Source: Squalus acanthias (lineage: Eukaryota). Taken from it: a DNA stretch of 64,000 nt. Each line of letters starts with the position of its first letter. The first letter of the stretch is position 1. The stretch covers positions 108,626,001 to 108,690,000 of the forward strand of contig CM059431.1 of NCBI GenBank assembly GCA_030390025.1. The letters run 5' to 3'. The translations under genes and the position numbers were made by a program. The notes below the pieces were generated by a model, which saw only the letters and a program-made list of their open reading frames with translations, did not search any database and was not told the DNA's origin. Below are positions 9,752 to 22,295 of this stretch, piece after piece.

Positions 9752-10995
9752 CTATGCAAATCTGGCCATGATAAGTTCATCCCTTGCATCCCGGGCAGTC
9801 ATGTGCTCGCGTGCTGCCGCTGCTGCTGATCGATACACCGGCACTCTGACCTCCTCCTCCTCCTCCTCCAGATCCTCCTCCTCCTCATCCTCATCTGAGG
9901 AGGGCTGGAACTGAGCCACTTGCTCATCAGGAAGCTGCAAGCCACGACGCTGTGCGATGTTGTGCAGTGCACAGCAGACCATTACCATTCTGGAGACCCT
10001 GTATGGTGTATACTGCAGGGCTCCACCTGATCGGTCAAGGCAAAGGAAGCGCATCTTCAACAACCCAATGGTTTGCTCGATGATGGACCTGGTCGACGTG
10101 TGGCTGGCGTTGTAGCGCTCTTCAGCCTCGTTAGCTGGCCTCCTGAACGGCGTCATTAGCCACTTCTTCACGGGGTAGCCTTTGTCACCAAGGAGCCAAC
10201 CGTTAAGTTGGTTTGGCGGATTGAAAAGCGGAGGAACACTAAAGTGCCGCAGGATGAAAGAGTCATGGCAACTACCACAGAACTTGGCGCAAACATGCAA
10301 GAACTCCTTCTTGTGGTTACACACCAGCTGTACGTTGAGGGAATGGAAGCCCTTGCGGTTGACAAAGATAGCTGGATTGTGATGGGGTGCCCTAAGGGCC
10401 ACATGTGTGCAGTCTATGACGCCCTGCACCATTGGCAAGCCTGCCATATTTGCAAAGCCAACTGAACAGGCGGTTATACTTGCTTGATCCCTTGAGAACT
10501 GGATGTAATTGTGGGCCTTAGCAAAAAGGGCATCGGTAACCTGCGTGATGCATCTGTGGGCTGCCGACTGGGAGATGCCGCTGATGTCTGCTGATGATCC
10601 CTGGAAAGAGCCTAAGGCAAAGAAGTTGAGTGCGGTGTGACTTTGACAGCCACTGGTAAGGGGTGTCCACCCGTTCCTCTGGGCACCAGGTCTTGCTGCA
10701 GCAGTCCGCAGTTCTCTCGGACAACCTCTCGCGAAAGTCTCAGCCTCCTTTGGCACTGCTGCTCACTCATGTTGAGGTATCTCATCCTCTGTCTGTAAAC
10801 CCTCTGTTGGGGCTATCTCCTGTGGTGAGGTGCCTCGATGCGCTGGCGCCTTCTGCCCTGGGCAGCATCTGGTGACTGAGCAGGAGGTTGGGGGTCCTGC
10901 TGCTGTTGCTGCTGAGCTGCCTGGTTCTGATGCTGCCGTGGATGCTCCTCATCTGAATCTGAGGTCAATGGAGAAAGAAAACGAATGGTTCCCAT
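9752..10995 (-). pseudogene. Harbinger DDE transposase (HARBI1-like family)
   Basis: [59 protein letters not shown]. The core is open, but the N-terminus (MGTIRF at 10995) is broken by a stop and a frameshift. Confidence 0.92.
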
Positions 10996-11441
10996 GCTGC
11001 TTACAGATGCCTCCATTGGGGAAGCGCTCAGAGCAAGCGGGGAGAGGGAATTCCAAGGAGGTCCCACAGTTGATAGATTCAAGCAGCAGCACCTCCGACT
11101 TCGGAAGGCCTTCTAAAAGTACTCAAAGACCTTTTAAAGCAAAGTTCTGGCACCTGCAACTAATCCCTGCTGAAATAAACGATTTATTGTTGGACCTGCA
11201 GCTGTGAGGAGACCACCCATGAGTCAACCTGCCAGGTTTAGCTGGCGTGGTTTAGGACGGTCATAGAACACGCTGAAATACTCGCAAAATCACAAGGGCC
11301 TCTCAAAATAGGCTTAGAGAGGCCCTTAACGAGCATTTAATCATAGAAACATAGAAACATAGAAAATAGGTGCAGGAGTAGACCATTCGGTCCTTCGAGC
11401 CTGCACCGCCATTTAATGCGTTCATGGCTGAACATGCTACC

Positions 11442-14380
11442 TCAGTACCCCATTCCTGCTTTCTCGCCATACCCCTTGATCCCCCTAGTTGTGAGTATTA
11501 TATCTAACTCCCTTTTGAATATATTTAGCGAACTGGCCTCAACAACCTTCTGTGGTAGAGAATTCCACAGATTCACCACTCTCTGGGTGAAGAAGTTCCT
11601 CCTCATCTCAGTCTTAAATGGCTTCCCCTTTATCCTTAGACTGTAACCCCTGGTTTTAGTTTTCCCTAACATTGGAAACATTCTGCCCGCATCTAATTTG
11701 TCTAAACCAGTCAGGATTTTAAACATCTCTATAAGATCCCCCCTCATTCTTCTGAACTCCAGAGGATACAAGTTCAGTTGATCCAGTCTTTCTTGATATG
11801 TCAGTCTGGCCATCCCAGGAATCAATCTAGTGAACCTTCGTTGCACTCCCTCAATAGCAAGAATGTCCTTCCTCAAGTTAGGAGACCAAAACTGCACACA
11901 ATACTCCAGGTGTGGCCTCACCAAGGCCCTGTACAACTGCAGCATCACCTCCCTACTCCTGTACTCAAATCCCCTTGCTATGAAGGCCATCATGCCATTT
12001 GCTTTCTTGACTGCCTGCTGCACTTGCCTTCCCACCTTCAGTGACTGATGTACCATGACGCCCAGGTCTCGTTGCACCTCCCCTTTCCCTAATCTGCCAC
12101 CATTCAGGTAATAGTCTGCCTCCCTATTTTTACCACCAAAGTGGATAACCTCACATTTATCCACATTGTACTTCATCTGCCATACATTTGCCCATTCACC
12201 CAACCTGTCCAAGTCACTCTGTAGCCTCCTAGCATCCTCCTCATTGTTCACACTGCCTCCCAATTTAGTGTCATCCACAAATTTGGAGATATTACAATTA
12301 ATCCCTTCGTCCAAATCATTAATATATAATGTAAACAGCTGGGGCCCCAGCACCGAACCCTGCGGTACCCCGCTGGTCACTGCCTGCCATTCTGAAAAGT
12401 ACCCATTTACTCCTACTCTTTGTTTCCTGTGTGCCAACCAGTTCTCAATCCACGTCAACACATTACCCCCAATCCCATGTGCTTTAACTTTGCACACCAA
12501 TCTCTTGTGTGGGACCTTGTTGAAGGCCTTCTGAAAGTCCAAATACACCACATCTACTGGTTCCCCCCCCCGTCCACCCTATTGGAAACATCCTCAAAAA
12601 ATTCCAGAAGATTTGTCAAGCATGATTTCCCTTTCACAAATCCATGCTGACTTGGACCTATCATGTCGTCACTTTCCAAATGGTCTGTTATGACATCTTT
12701 AATAATTGATTCCATCATTTTACCCATCACCGATGTCAGGCTGACCGGTCTATAATTCCCTGCTTTCTCCCTCCCTCCTTTTTTAAAAAGAGGGGTTACA
12801 TTAGCCACCCTCCACTCCTTCGGAACTGATCCAGAGTCTAAGGAATGTTGGAAAATGATCGTCAATGCATCCACTATTTCCAAGGCCACCTCCTTAAGTA
12901 CTCTGGGATGCAGACCATCAGGCCCTGGGGATTTATCAGCCTTCAGTCCCATCAATTTCCCCAACACCTTTTCCCGACTGATAAGGATTTCCCTCAGCTC
13001 CTCCCTCTTACCAGATCCTTTGATCTCTTTTATTTCCGGAAGGTTGTTTGTGTCCTCCATAGTAAACACCGAACCAAAATACTTGTTCAATTGATCTTCC
13101 ATTTCTTTGTTCCCCATTATGACTTCCCCTGTTTCTGACTGCAGGGGACCTACGTTTGTTTTTACTAACCTCTTTCTTTTTACATATTTATAGAAGCTTT
13201 TGCAGTCCGTTTTAATGTTCTCCGCAAGCTTCCTTTCATATTTTATTTTCCCTGCCCTAATCAAACCCTTCGTCCTCCTCTGCTGAGTTTTAAAGTTCTC
13301 CCAGTCCCCGGGTTTGCTGCTACTTCTGGCCAATTTGTATGCCACTTCCTTGCTTTTAATACTATCCCTGATTTCCCTTGTTAGCCATGGTTGAGCCACC
13401 TTCCCTTTTTTATTTTTACGCCAGACCGGGATGTACAATTGCTGTAGTTCATCCATGCAATCTCTAAATGTCTGCCATTGCCCTTCCACTGATAACCCCT
13501 TAAATATCGCTTGCCAATCTAACCTCGCCAATTCACGCCTCATACCCTCAAAGTTGCCCTTATTTAAGTTCTGGACCATGGTCTCTGAATTAACTGTTTC
13601 CTTCTCCATCCTAATGTAGAACTCCACCATACTATGGTCACTCTTCCCCAAGGGGCCTCGCACCACAAGATTGCTGATTAGTCCTTCCTCATTACACAAC
13701 ACCCAGTCCAGGATGGCCTCCCCTCTAGTTGAGTCCTCAACATATTGATTTAGGAAACCATCCCTTAAACACTCCAGGAAATCCTCCTCCACCGTATTGC
13801 TTCCAGTTTGAGTAGCCCAATCTATATGCATATTAAAGTCACCCATGATAACTGCTGCGCCTTTTTTGCATGCACCTCTCATTTCCTGTTTCATACCCTC
13901 CCCCACCTCACTACTACTGTTTGGAGGTCTGTACACAACCCCCACTAACGTTTTCTGCCCTTTGGTGTTCTGCAGCTCAACCCATATTGATTCCACATCC
14001 TCCAAGCTAATGTCCTTCCTAGCTATTGCATTAATCTCCTTTTTAACCAGCAATGCTACCCCACCCCCTTTTCCTTTTATTCTATCCTTCCTGAATGTTG
14101 AATACCCCTCGATATTCAGTTCCCAGCCTTGATTGTTCTGGAGCCACGTCTCTGTAATCCCAATCACATCGTATCCGTTAACATCAATTTGCACAGTCAA
14201 TTCATCCACCTTATTACTGATACTCCTTGCATTAAGACACAGAGCCTTTAGGCTTGTTTTATTAACACCCTTTGTCCTTTTAGACTTATGATTTAGTATG
14301 GCCCTTTGTGTTTCTTGCCTTTGTTTACTCGGATTTCCCTTATTGTTTCTCACCCTTCTAACATTTGTTTCTGACTGCAT
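11442..14380 (-). CDS. CR1 ORF2 (APE endonuclease plus RT), one frameshift at C9 12563-12571
   Basis: LNARS, GITETW, GDFN, SDH, NYRPVSLTS, GVPQGSVLGP, FVDD. ORFs 12554-14380 and 11442-12551 join if one C is removed. Confidence 0.92.
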
Positions 14381-14427
14381 ATTACTTCCCCCTGTTTCGC
14401 TACATAGGTTCCCCTTCCCCTGCCATA

Positions 14428-14928
14428 TTAGTTTAAATCCTCCCGAACTGCCTTAGCAATTATTACCCCGAGGACATCGGTTCCAGTCCTGCCCAAGTGC
14501 AGACCGCCCCTTTTGTACAGGTCCCACTTCCCCCAGAACTGGTTCCAATGCCTCAGGTATTTGAATCCCTCCCTCCTGCACCACTGCTCAAGCCACGTAT
14601 TTAATCTCGCTATCCTGTTCATGCTACTCTGATTAGCATGTGGCACTGGTAGCAACCCAGAGATTACTACCTTTGAGGTCCTACTTTTCAATTTAGCTCC
14701 TAGCTCCCTAAATTCTGCTTGTAGGACCTCTTCCCGCTTTTTACCTATATCGTTGGTACCTACATGCACCACGACAGCTGGCTCTTCACCCTCCCTTTCC
14801 AGAATGTTCTGCAGCCGCTCCGAGACATCCTTGACCCTTGCACCAGGGAGGCAACATACCATCCTGGAATCTCGGTTGCGGCCACAGAAACTCCTGTCTA
14901 TTCCCCTTACAATTGAGTCCCCTATCAC
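14428..14928 (-). CDS. CR1 ORF1 SGNH/GDSL esterase domain (partial)
   Basis: IGDSIVR, PGARV, VHVGTND, GLHL esterase blocks. Confidence 0.88.
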   Translation of the reverse strand: MIGDSIVRGIDRSFCGRNRDSRMVCCLPGARVKDVSERLQNILEREGEEPAVVVHVGTNDIGKKREEVLQAEFRELGAKLKSRTSKVVISGLLPVPHANQSSMNRIARLNTWLEQWCRREGFKYLRHWNQFWGKWDLYKRGGLHLGRTGTDVLGVIIAKAVREDLN

Positions 14929-15443
14929 TATAGCTCATCATCTTAATATGCGCTATGGCCAGCTGGAGGCGGGACCGTTGCCCGCCCTCAAAAACCATCA
15001 CCGGCAAAATCCCGTGGAGGCGGGTTGGAGGCGGATTCTGAAGCCGCCCTCATTGTTTCTGATTTTCCCGCCTCCAAACCCGCCTCCTCGGACGTCAGAA
15101 AATCGCCTCCATAGAGGCTGAACAAGGAACCATCAAGTTTGGAGCAGAGGGAGAGTGGGACAAGAAGTCCAGTATTCGAGGAGCAACGGGAGCATTGAGG
15201 GACATAAGGAAAAAGACAACTAAGGGAGGGTGAGGCATGGCCGTGGAGACATTTGAAAGACATTTGGACGAGAATTGTGAAGTCAGCTAACAGAGGCACA
15301 GGAGCCAGTGGAGGTTGAAAAGAATTGGGTCGATGTGAGTGGATGATTTTTTGCCGGTGAGGGTGCAGGTTGCAGTATTTTGAATGAGATGAAGCTTGTG
15401 GACGGTTGAGGCAGAGAGATCGGCTGGGAGAACATTAGAGATG

Positions 15444-18400
15444 GAAACATAGAAACATAGAAAAATAGGAGCAGGAGTCGGCCATTCGGCCCTTCGAGCA
15501 TGCTCCGCCATTCAATATGATCATGGCTGATCCTCTATCTCAATACCATATTCCCGCTCTCTCCCCATACCCCTTGACGCCTTTTGTGTCTAGAAATCTA
15601 TCTAGCTCCTTCTTAAATATATTCAGTGACTTGGCCTCCACAGCCTTCTGTGGTAGAGAATTCCACAGGTTCACCACCCTCTGAGTGAAGAAATTTCTCC
15701 TCATCTCAGTCCTAAATGTCCTACCCAGTATCCTGAGACTGTGACCCCTCGTTCTAGACCCCCCAGCCAAGGGAAACACCCTCCCTGCATCCAGTCTGTC
15801 TAGCTCTGTCAGAATTTTATACGTTTCAATGAGATCCCCTCTCATTCTTCTAAACTCTAGTGAATACAGGCCTAGTCGACCCAATCTCTTCTCATACGAC
15901 AGTCCTGCCATCCCAGGAATCAGTCTGGTGAACCTTTGCTACACTCCCTCTATGGCAAGTATATCCTTTCCTAGGTAAGGAGACCAAAGCTGCACACAGT
16001 ACTCCAGGTGTGGTCTCACCAAGGCCCTGTACAACTGTAGTAAGACATCCTTGCTCCTGTACTCAAATCCTCTTGCAATGAAGGCCAACATACCATTTGC
16101 CTTCCTAACTGCTTGCAGCACCTGCATGTTTGCTTTCAGTGACTGGTGTACAAGGACACCCAGGTCCCTTTGTACAAAACAATTCCCAATCTAGCACCAT
16201 TTAAATGATGCTCTACCTTTCTGATTTTCCTACCGAAGTGGATAACTTCACACTTATCCACGTTATACTGCATCTGACATGTATTTGCCCACTCACTGAA
16301 CTTGTCTAAATTGTCTTGAAGCCTCTTCGTATCCTCCTCACAACTCACAATCCCACCAAATTTTGTGTCATCAGCAAACTTGGAAATATTACATTTGGTT
16401 CCCTCATCCAAATCATTGATATATATTGTGAATAACTGGGGCCCAAGCACTGATCTCTGCGGTATTTCACTAGTCACCGCCTGCCACCCCGAAAAAGACC
16501 CATTTATTCCTACTCTCTGTTTCCTGTCTGTTAACCAATTTTCAATCCATGCCACTATATTACCCCCAATCCCATGTGCTTTAATTTTGCACACTAACCT
16601 CTTATGTGGGACTTTATCAAAGGCCTTCTGAAAATCCAAATACACCACATCCACTGGTTCTCCCTTATCTATTCTACAAGTTACATGCTCAAAAAACTCC
16701 AGTAGGTTTGTCAAACACGATTTCCCTTTCATAAATCCATGTTGACTTTGTCTAATCCCATTGATATTTTCTAAGTGTCCTGTTATCACATCCTTTATAA
16801 TAGACTCTAGCATTTTCCCTACGGCTAACTGTTCCCTGTTTTCTCTCCCCCTCCTTTTTTAAATAGTGGGGTTGCATTTGACACCCTCCAATCTGCAGGA
16901 ACTGTTCCATAGAAACATAGAAACATAGAATCTAGGAGCAGGAGTAGGCCATTCAGCCCGTCGAGCCTGCTCCACCATTCAATACGATCATGGCTGATCA
17001 TCCAAATCCAGTACCCTGTCCCTGCTTTAATCCCCACAGTACACATATCCCACCCTACCCCCGTAACCCCACGTATTTAATTCCCCCTAACATATCCCAT
17101 CCTATCCCCATAACCCCACATATTTAATCCCCCCCTAACACTAAGGGTCAATTTATCATAGCCAAATCAACCTAACCCACACATTTTTGGACTGTGGGAG
17201 GAAACCGGAGCACCCGGAGGAAACCCACGCAGACACGGGGAGAATGTGCAAACTCCACACAGACAGTCACCCGAGGTCAGATTCGAACCCGGGTCTCTGG
17301 CGCTGTGAGGCACCAGTGCTAACCACTATGCCACCGTGTTGCCATAATCTATAGAATTTTGGAAGATGACAACCGATGCATCCACTATTTCCATGGCGAC
17401 CTCTTTTAGTACTCTGGGATGCAGATTATCAGGCCCTGGGGATTTATTAGCTTTCAGTCCCATTAATTTCACCAGCACTATTTTTTTACTAATACTAATT
17501 TCCTTTAATTCTTCCTTCTCACTAGACCCTTGGTTCCCTAGCATTTCTGGGAAGTTATTTGTGTCCTCTTCCGTGAAGACAGAACCAACGTATTTGTTTA
17601 ATTGCTCGGCCATTTCCTTGTTCCCCGTTATAAATTTCCCATTTCTGACTGTAAGGGACCTATATTTGTCTTCACTAATCTTTTTATTTTTACATACTTG
17701 TAGAAGCTTTTACAATCCACTTTTATATTCCTTGCAAGTTTACTCTCATACTCTATTTTTCCCCTCTTAATCAATCCCTTGGTCCTTTTTGCTGAACTCT
17801 AAATTGCTCCCAATCCTCAGGCTTGCTACTTTTTCTGACAACTGTATATGACTCCTCTTTGGATCTAATACTATCCTTAATTTCTTTTGTTAGCTATGGT
17901 TGGGCCGCTTTTCCTTTTGTGTTTTTGCACCAGAAAGGAATGTATAACTGTTGCAATTCATGCATTCGTTCCTTAAATGCTCACCATTGCCTATCCACCG
18001 TCATGCCTTTTATTGAAGCTCCCCAATATATCATAGCCAACTCACTCCTCATACCATCGTAGTTTCCTTTGTTTAGATTTAGGACCCTAGTTTCGGATTG
18101 GACTTCTTCACTTTCCATTTTAATGAAGAATTCTACCATGTTATGGTCACTCTTCCCTAAAGGACCCCGCACAACAAGGTTATTAATTAACCCCTTCTCA
18201 TTGCACAATACCCAATCTAGGATAGCCTGTTCCCTAGTTGGCTCCTCAATGTACTGGTCTAAAAAACCATCTCTTACACACTCCAGGAATTCATCCTCCA
18301 CAGTATTATTGCTAATTTGGTTTGGCCAGTCTATATGTAGATTAAAGTCACCCATGATTACTGTAGTACCCTTGTTACCTGCATCTCTAATTTCCTGTTT

Positions 18401-18677
18401 GATGCCATCCCCTACATTACCACTACTGTTTGGAGGCCTATAGACAACTCCCACCAATGTTTTCTGCCCCTTGGTGCTTCTTAGCTCCACCCAGACTGAT
18501 TCTACATCTTGATTTTCTGAGCCAATATCCTTTCTCACTATTGCTCTGATTTCATCCTTTACTAACAAGGCCACGCCACCTCCTTTTCCTTTTCGCCTGT
18601 CCTTCCTAAATATCGAATATCCTTGGATATTCAGCTCCCAGCCTTGGTCACCCTGCAGCCATGTCTTCGTAATCGCG
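15444..18677 (-). mobile_element. CR1 LINE, 5'-truncated, frameshifted, interrupted by an HE1 SINE
   Basis: Endonuclease (17981-18670) and RT (16136-16813, FADD) fragments, with a CATAGAAA tail. Confidence 0.93.
16908..17343 (-). mobile_element. HE1-type V-SINE
   Basis: tRNA-like head, V-domain GTGTGGAGTTTGCACATTCTCCCCGTGTCTGCGTGGGTTTCCTCCGGGTGCTCCGG, CR1-type 3' tail, and CCATA at both junctions. Confidence 0.88.
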
Positions 18678-18792
18678 GATGTTGGGCTGTGATATGTTGA
18701 AAAATGCTCCAGCATTTCAGTGATAGGGGTGCAGAGGTAGAGGAGAAGGCTGGCAGTAATGGGGAAGTGGAGGGAAACAATCTATGTTACTG

Positions 18793-19335
18793 GACGTGGT
18801 TGACTCTTAACTGCCCTCTAAAGTGGCTGAGCGAGCCACTCAGTTGTATCAAAACTGCTACAAAGATTGAAGGCCCACCATTAGCTTCTCAGGGCATCTA
18901 GGGCTAGCAATAAATACAGGCATTGCCAGCGGTACCCACATCCCGAGAATGAATTTTTTGAAAACTAGTAATCCAGAGCACTGGACTAATAATCCACAGA
19001 GCGTGAGTTCAAATGCCACCATGGCACTTTGAGAATGTTGAATTCAGTTTAAAAGAAAATCTGGACATAGAAAGCTGGTACCAGTTAAAGTGACCATGAT
19101 GCTATCGGACTGTCATTAGGGAAAGAAACCTGCCATCTTACCCGGTCTGGGCCTATATGTGATTCCAGTCCCACACCAACGTGGTTGACTCTAAATTGCC
19201 TTCTGAAGTGGCCTAGCAAACCTGCTACAAAGAGTAGGACTTCAGTGGTTGAAGAAGGTGGCCCACCACCACCTTCTCGGGGCAATTAGGGGTGAGCACT
19301 AAATGCTGGCCTTGCCAGAGATGCCCACATCCCAA
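18793..19335 (+). mobile_element. SINE family C copies (3' fragment plus longer copy)
   Basis: Homologous to 197-458 and 6205-6582, with a LINE-B type tail. Confidence 0.75.
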
Positions 19336-19769
19336 GTGGAGACATTTGTCCTTGGTGTCGAGGAGGACTCAAGGATCCGACTTGCTGAGTCAGCCTGAAG
19401 TAACAACTGGAAAGGTTAATGGAGTTAAGGCCACAGGCACAAATATGGTGGCAGGAACCAAACAGGATGACTTTGAACTTTGCCATCTCTGGTCTTGATG
19501 TCGGACATGCAATTGGAGAGTTTAGCAACATCCTTTGGATTGATGGAGAAGATAGAAAGGTAGATCTGAGTATCAACAACTTATGTGGGGCAGTGGAGCC
19601 CATAATTTTGATTTTGTCACTTCTGAGGGGGTAATGTTTAAGCCATGTATGGGAGCAGTGCAAGGCTGGACCACAGCGGTACTGCAGACGTAACCATGAG
19701 TGCAGAGGAGAAACTGTTGGAGGTCTGTGTTCCGAAAGGTATGAGTGGAAGCAAGAAAGCAGCACGATA

Positions 19770-20950
19770 GCAAAATACTGCGGTTGCTGGAAATCCGAAA
19801 TAACAACAGAAAACGCTGGAAAAACTCAGCAGGCCAGGCAGCATCCGTGGAGAGAGAAACAGAGTTAACGTTTCAGGTCGAAGTCCTTTCGTCAGAACTG
19901 GAAAAAAGCAGGAAATGAAATACATTTAAAGCAAGGATAAAGCTGGGAAAAGGGGGAGGGGATGAAAGAACAAAAGGAGAGATTAAGAGACATTGAGAGA
20001 CATTAAGAGATGATCAAGGCAAGAGGAAGTGTTAATGTGATAGGTTGAGGCTAAAAGAAGTGTGAAATGCACTGGCAGAATGAAGGACAGCTGCCAGCTT
20101 CTGGGAGGAAAAAAAAAGGGGGGGGGGCAAACAAAAGGGTGGATGAAAAAATAAAATATAAATGTGATAGGGGCTGAGGTTATGATCTAAAATTGTTGAA
20201 CTCGATATTGAGTCCAGAGGGCTGTAGGGTGCCTAAACGAAAGATGAGGTGCTGTTCCTCGAGCTTACGCTGAGCTTCCGTGGAACAGTGTAATAGGCCG
20301 AGGACGGTGAGGTCAGAGTGGGAGTGGAGCGGAGAATTAAAGTGACAGGCCACCGGGAGCTCGGGGTCCCCCTTACGGACTGAACGGAGGTGTTCCGCAA
20401 AGCGGTCACCCAATCTGCGTTTGGTCTCCCCAATGTAGAGGAGAGCACATCGTGAGCAGCGAATACAGTATACTAAATTGCAGGAAGTACAAGTAAATCG
20501 CTGTTTCACCTGGAAGGGGTGTTTGGGGCCCTGGACAGTGGGAAGAGGGGAGGTATAAGGGCATGTGTTGCATCTCCTGCGCTTGCACGGGAAGGTGCCG
20601 GGTGAAGGGGAAGGGGTGCTGGGGGTGGTAGAGGAGTGGACTAGGGTGTCGCGGAGGGAGCGGTCCCTGCAGAATGCTGAAAGGGGAGGTGAGGGGAAGA
20701 TGCGTTTGGTGGTGGGATCATGCTGGAGGTGGCAGAAATGGCGGAGGATGATCCGTTGAATGTGGAGGCTGGTGGGGTGAAAGGTGAGGACAAGGGGAAC
20801 TCTATCGTGGTTCCGGGAGGGAGGGGCAGGGGTGAGGGCAGAAGTGCGGGAGATAGAACGGACACGGTCGAGGGCCGTGTCGACCACAGTAGAGGAGAAT
20901 CCTCGGTTGAGGAAAAAGGAAGACATGTCGGAAGCACTGGTCACCCTGGG
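19770..20950 (-). mobile_element. Penelope-like retroelement 3' part (GIY-YIG endonuclease plus pseudo-LTR)
   Basis: CKRRRCNTC, NLVYCIRC, LYIGETKRRLGDRFAEH, EQHLIFRLGTLQPSGLN; pLTR at 19770-19905. Confidence 0.93.
19863..19899 (-). ncRNA. Minimal type I hammerhead ribozyme in Penelope pLTR
   Basis: agtt-CTGACGA-a-agg(acttcga)cct-GAAACGTT-aact on the minus strand. Confidence 0.75.
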
Positions 20951-22295
20951 TATAGACTGCTGAGGAGAGACATTGAAAGAGAATGGAATGATCACCGTTT
21001 CACAAGATAGTGTAGATGTTGAGGAGGATGAAGAGAGAGAGAGAGAGAGAAAGCCAGTCAGAGTCACACAGTATTTGACCAGTCTGGTCTTAGTGCTGTG
21101 GTTGGGGTGGAAATAAATTGAAAGGTCTAGAATAAAGAGTGGTAGATAAGGTGGGAGTGCAGTTGTGAGGCAACCAACACATTCTAGGAGTCTGAAGATT
21201 AAGGGAAGGTTGGAGATAAGACAGCAGTTGGAGAGAGCTTGGAGGGACTAAAGATGACTTCCTTGTCAGGAGGAGACTGATATTGGCAGTGTTCAAGGAG
21301 ATGTTGACAGTGTCAGAGAATAATGACAAGTTGATGATGTCAACAAATATGGGACTAAGGACGTGTCATTGGGTGGTCAGGAGCTGAGACAGGGGTGGAA
21401 CAAAGCAGCAGGTGGCAGGCGTCATGGACAAGTTGGGTATATTAAGGGTTGAGGGGGAAATGGGGGAGAAAACAGATTGGCTCAGGGCTTGGTGCAAGCA
21501 GGAGGGGCAGCTGGGAAAAGTGAAAACAGAGGGACAGTCAGTGGAGGCAGTAGCAGCTTTGCAAATTACATCAGCAATAGAACTGGCAAAAATGGCATCT
21601 TCCACGTTGATTTTTCACGTCTGTGTTCAAAGACATTCAGGTGCATAACAGGTGCAGATGATGATAAACCATAAATTTGAGTGAGCTTCAAGCATGATAC
21701 AAATCCTTCCATGGAAAAGGAAGTACGAAATCATTTATATTTTTCAAAAAAAACCTCATGTGTTGGAAATAGAACAATTTATTCTAGCTTCAGACCCAAG
21801 ACTTCACCGTACCTGCCAAGAAACCACCTGGACAGTGTCTTAGATCATTGCAAATGTTCATCCCGTAGGCACTAGGATTCTTTTGAAGAGGCATCAATTT
21901 ATTTTTTATCACTTACCAGCCAGTTCAGTATCTGCTAATTACCCAAAACAGATTGGCAGAATTTTATATCACCAACAGCGCCTCAGATAAACAAATGTTA
22001 TAAAGAATTATTATTCATTTTTTTGTCTACATCTGGTGATTTTTGGTTAAACGGTGAGAACTGTTGTCATAATTGAGGGATCTGACTGAATAAAGTTACA
22101 AAGCCAAACAATGCAGCGTTCCCAAATCAGGACCCAACTTTTCCTAAAGGCTTTGCATTTACCCAATGCTGTTTCTTTTTTTGCCACAAGGTTGAAACCA
22201 AGGCAAGAAAAGTGTGTAATCAAAGACATTTTAACAACTTAGGTAGAATTTGAATGTTAGGGGATTGTACAATCTTTCAATAATTCAATAACACA

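Larger units (their letters stand above)
11342..14934 (-). mobile_element. Young CR1 LINE, 5'-truncated within ORF1
   Basis: (CATAGAAA)n tail at 11342, ORF2 with endonuclease and RT, and ORF1 esterase. Confidence 0.95.
9087..15110 (-). mobile_element. PIF/Harbinger DNA transposon (transposase plus Myb remnant), interrupted by a CR1
   Basis: TIRs GGGGGCGATTTT (9087) and AAAATCGCCTCC (15110), with GGAGGCGGG subterminal repeats. Transposase on the minus strand; Myb-like fragment on the plus strand. Confidence 0.85.
8940..21560 (-). mobile_element. Old L2 LINE split into about five pieces (8940-9086, 15111-15443, 18680-18780, 19340-19770, 20955-21560)
   Basis: L2 ORF2 C-terminal motifs KLHLIQN..HIDPILFNLHWL, FKCLHGHASP and GSLFSLY|ASVL*NSLP..KSHLF read across the Harbinger insertion. 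The upstream pieces are more degraded. Confidence 0.65.

Noticed and set aside
9752..10756. Host HARBI1 gene
   Set aside because: It lies between TIRs next to a Myb fragment, is inserted in an L2, and has a broken N-terminus: a transposon copy.
17270..17343. tRNA genes (also 22296-22370, 35614-35690, 6480-6582)
   Set aside because: These are tRNA-derived SINE heads continuing into V, Deu or SINE-C bodies; no complete cloverleaf.
11416..18443. Many plus-strand ORFs of 60-134 aa
   Set aside because: Antisense shadows of CR1 ORF2; the same applies to ORFs opposite LINE B and Penelope.
21575..21880. Two small minus-strand exons (NPSAYGMNICNDLRHCPGGFLA / GFVSCLKLTQIYG..)
   Set aside because: Phases match, but both acceptors are weak and no homology is recognised; not distinguishable from chance.
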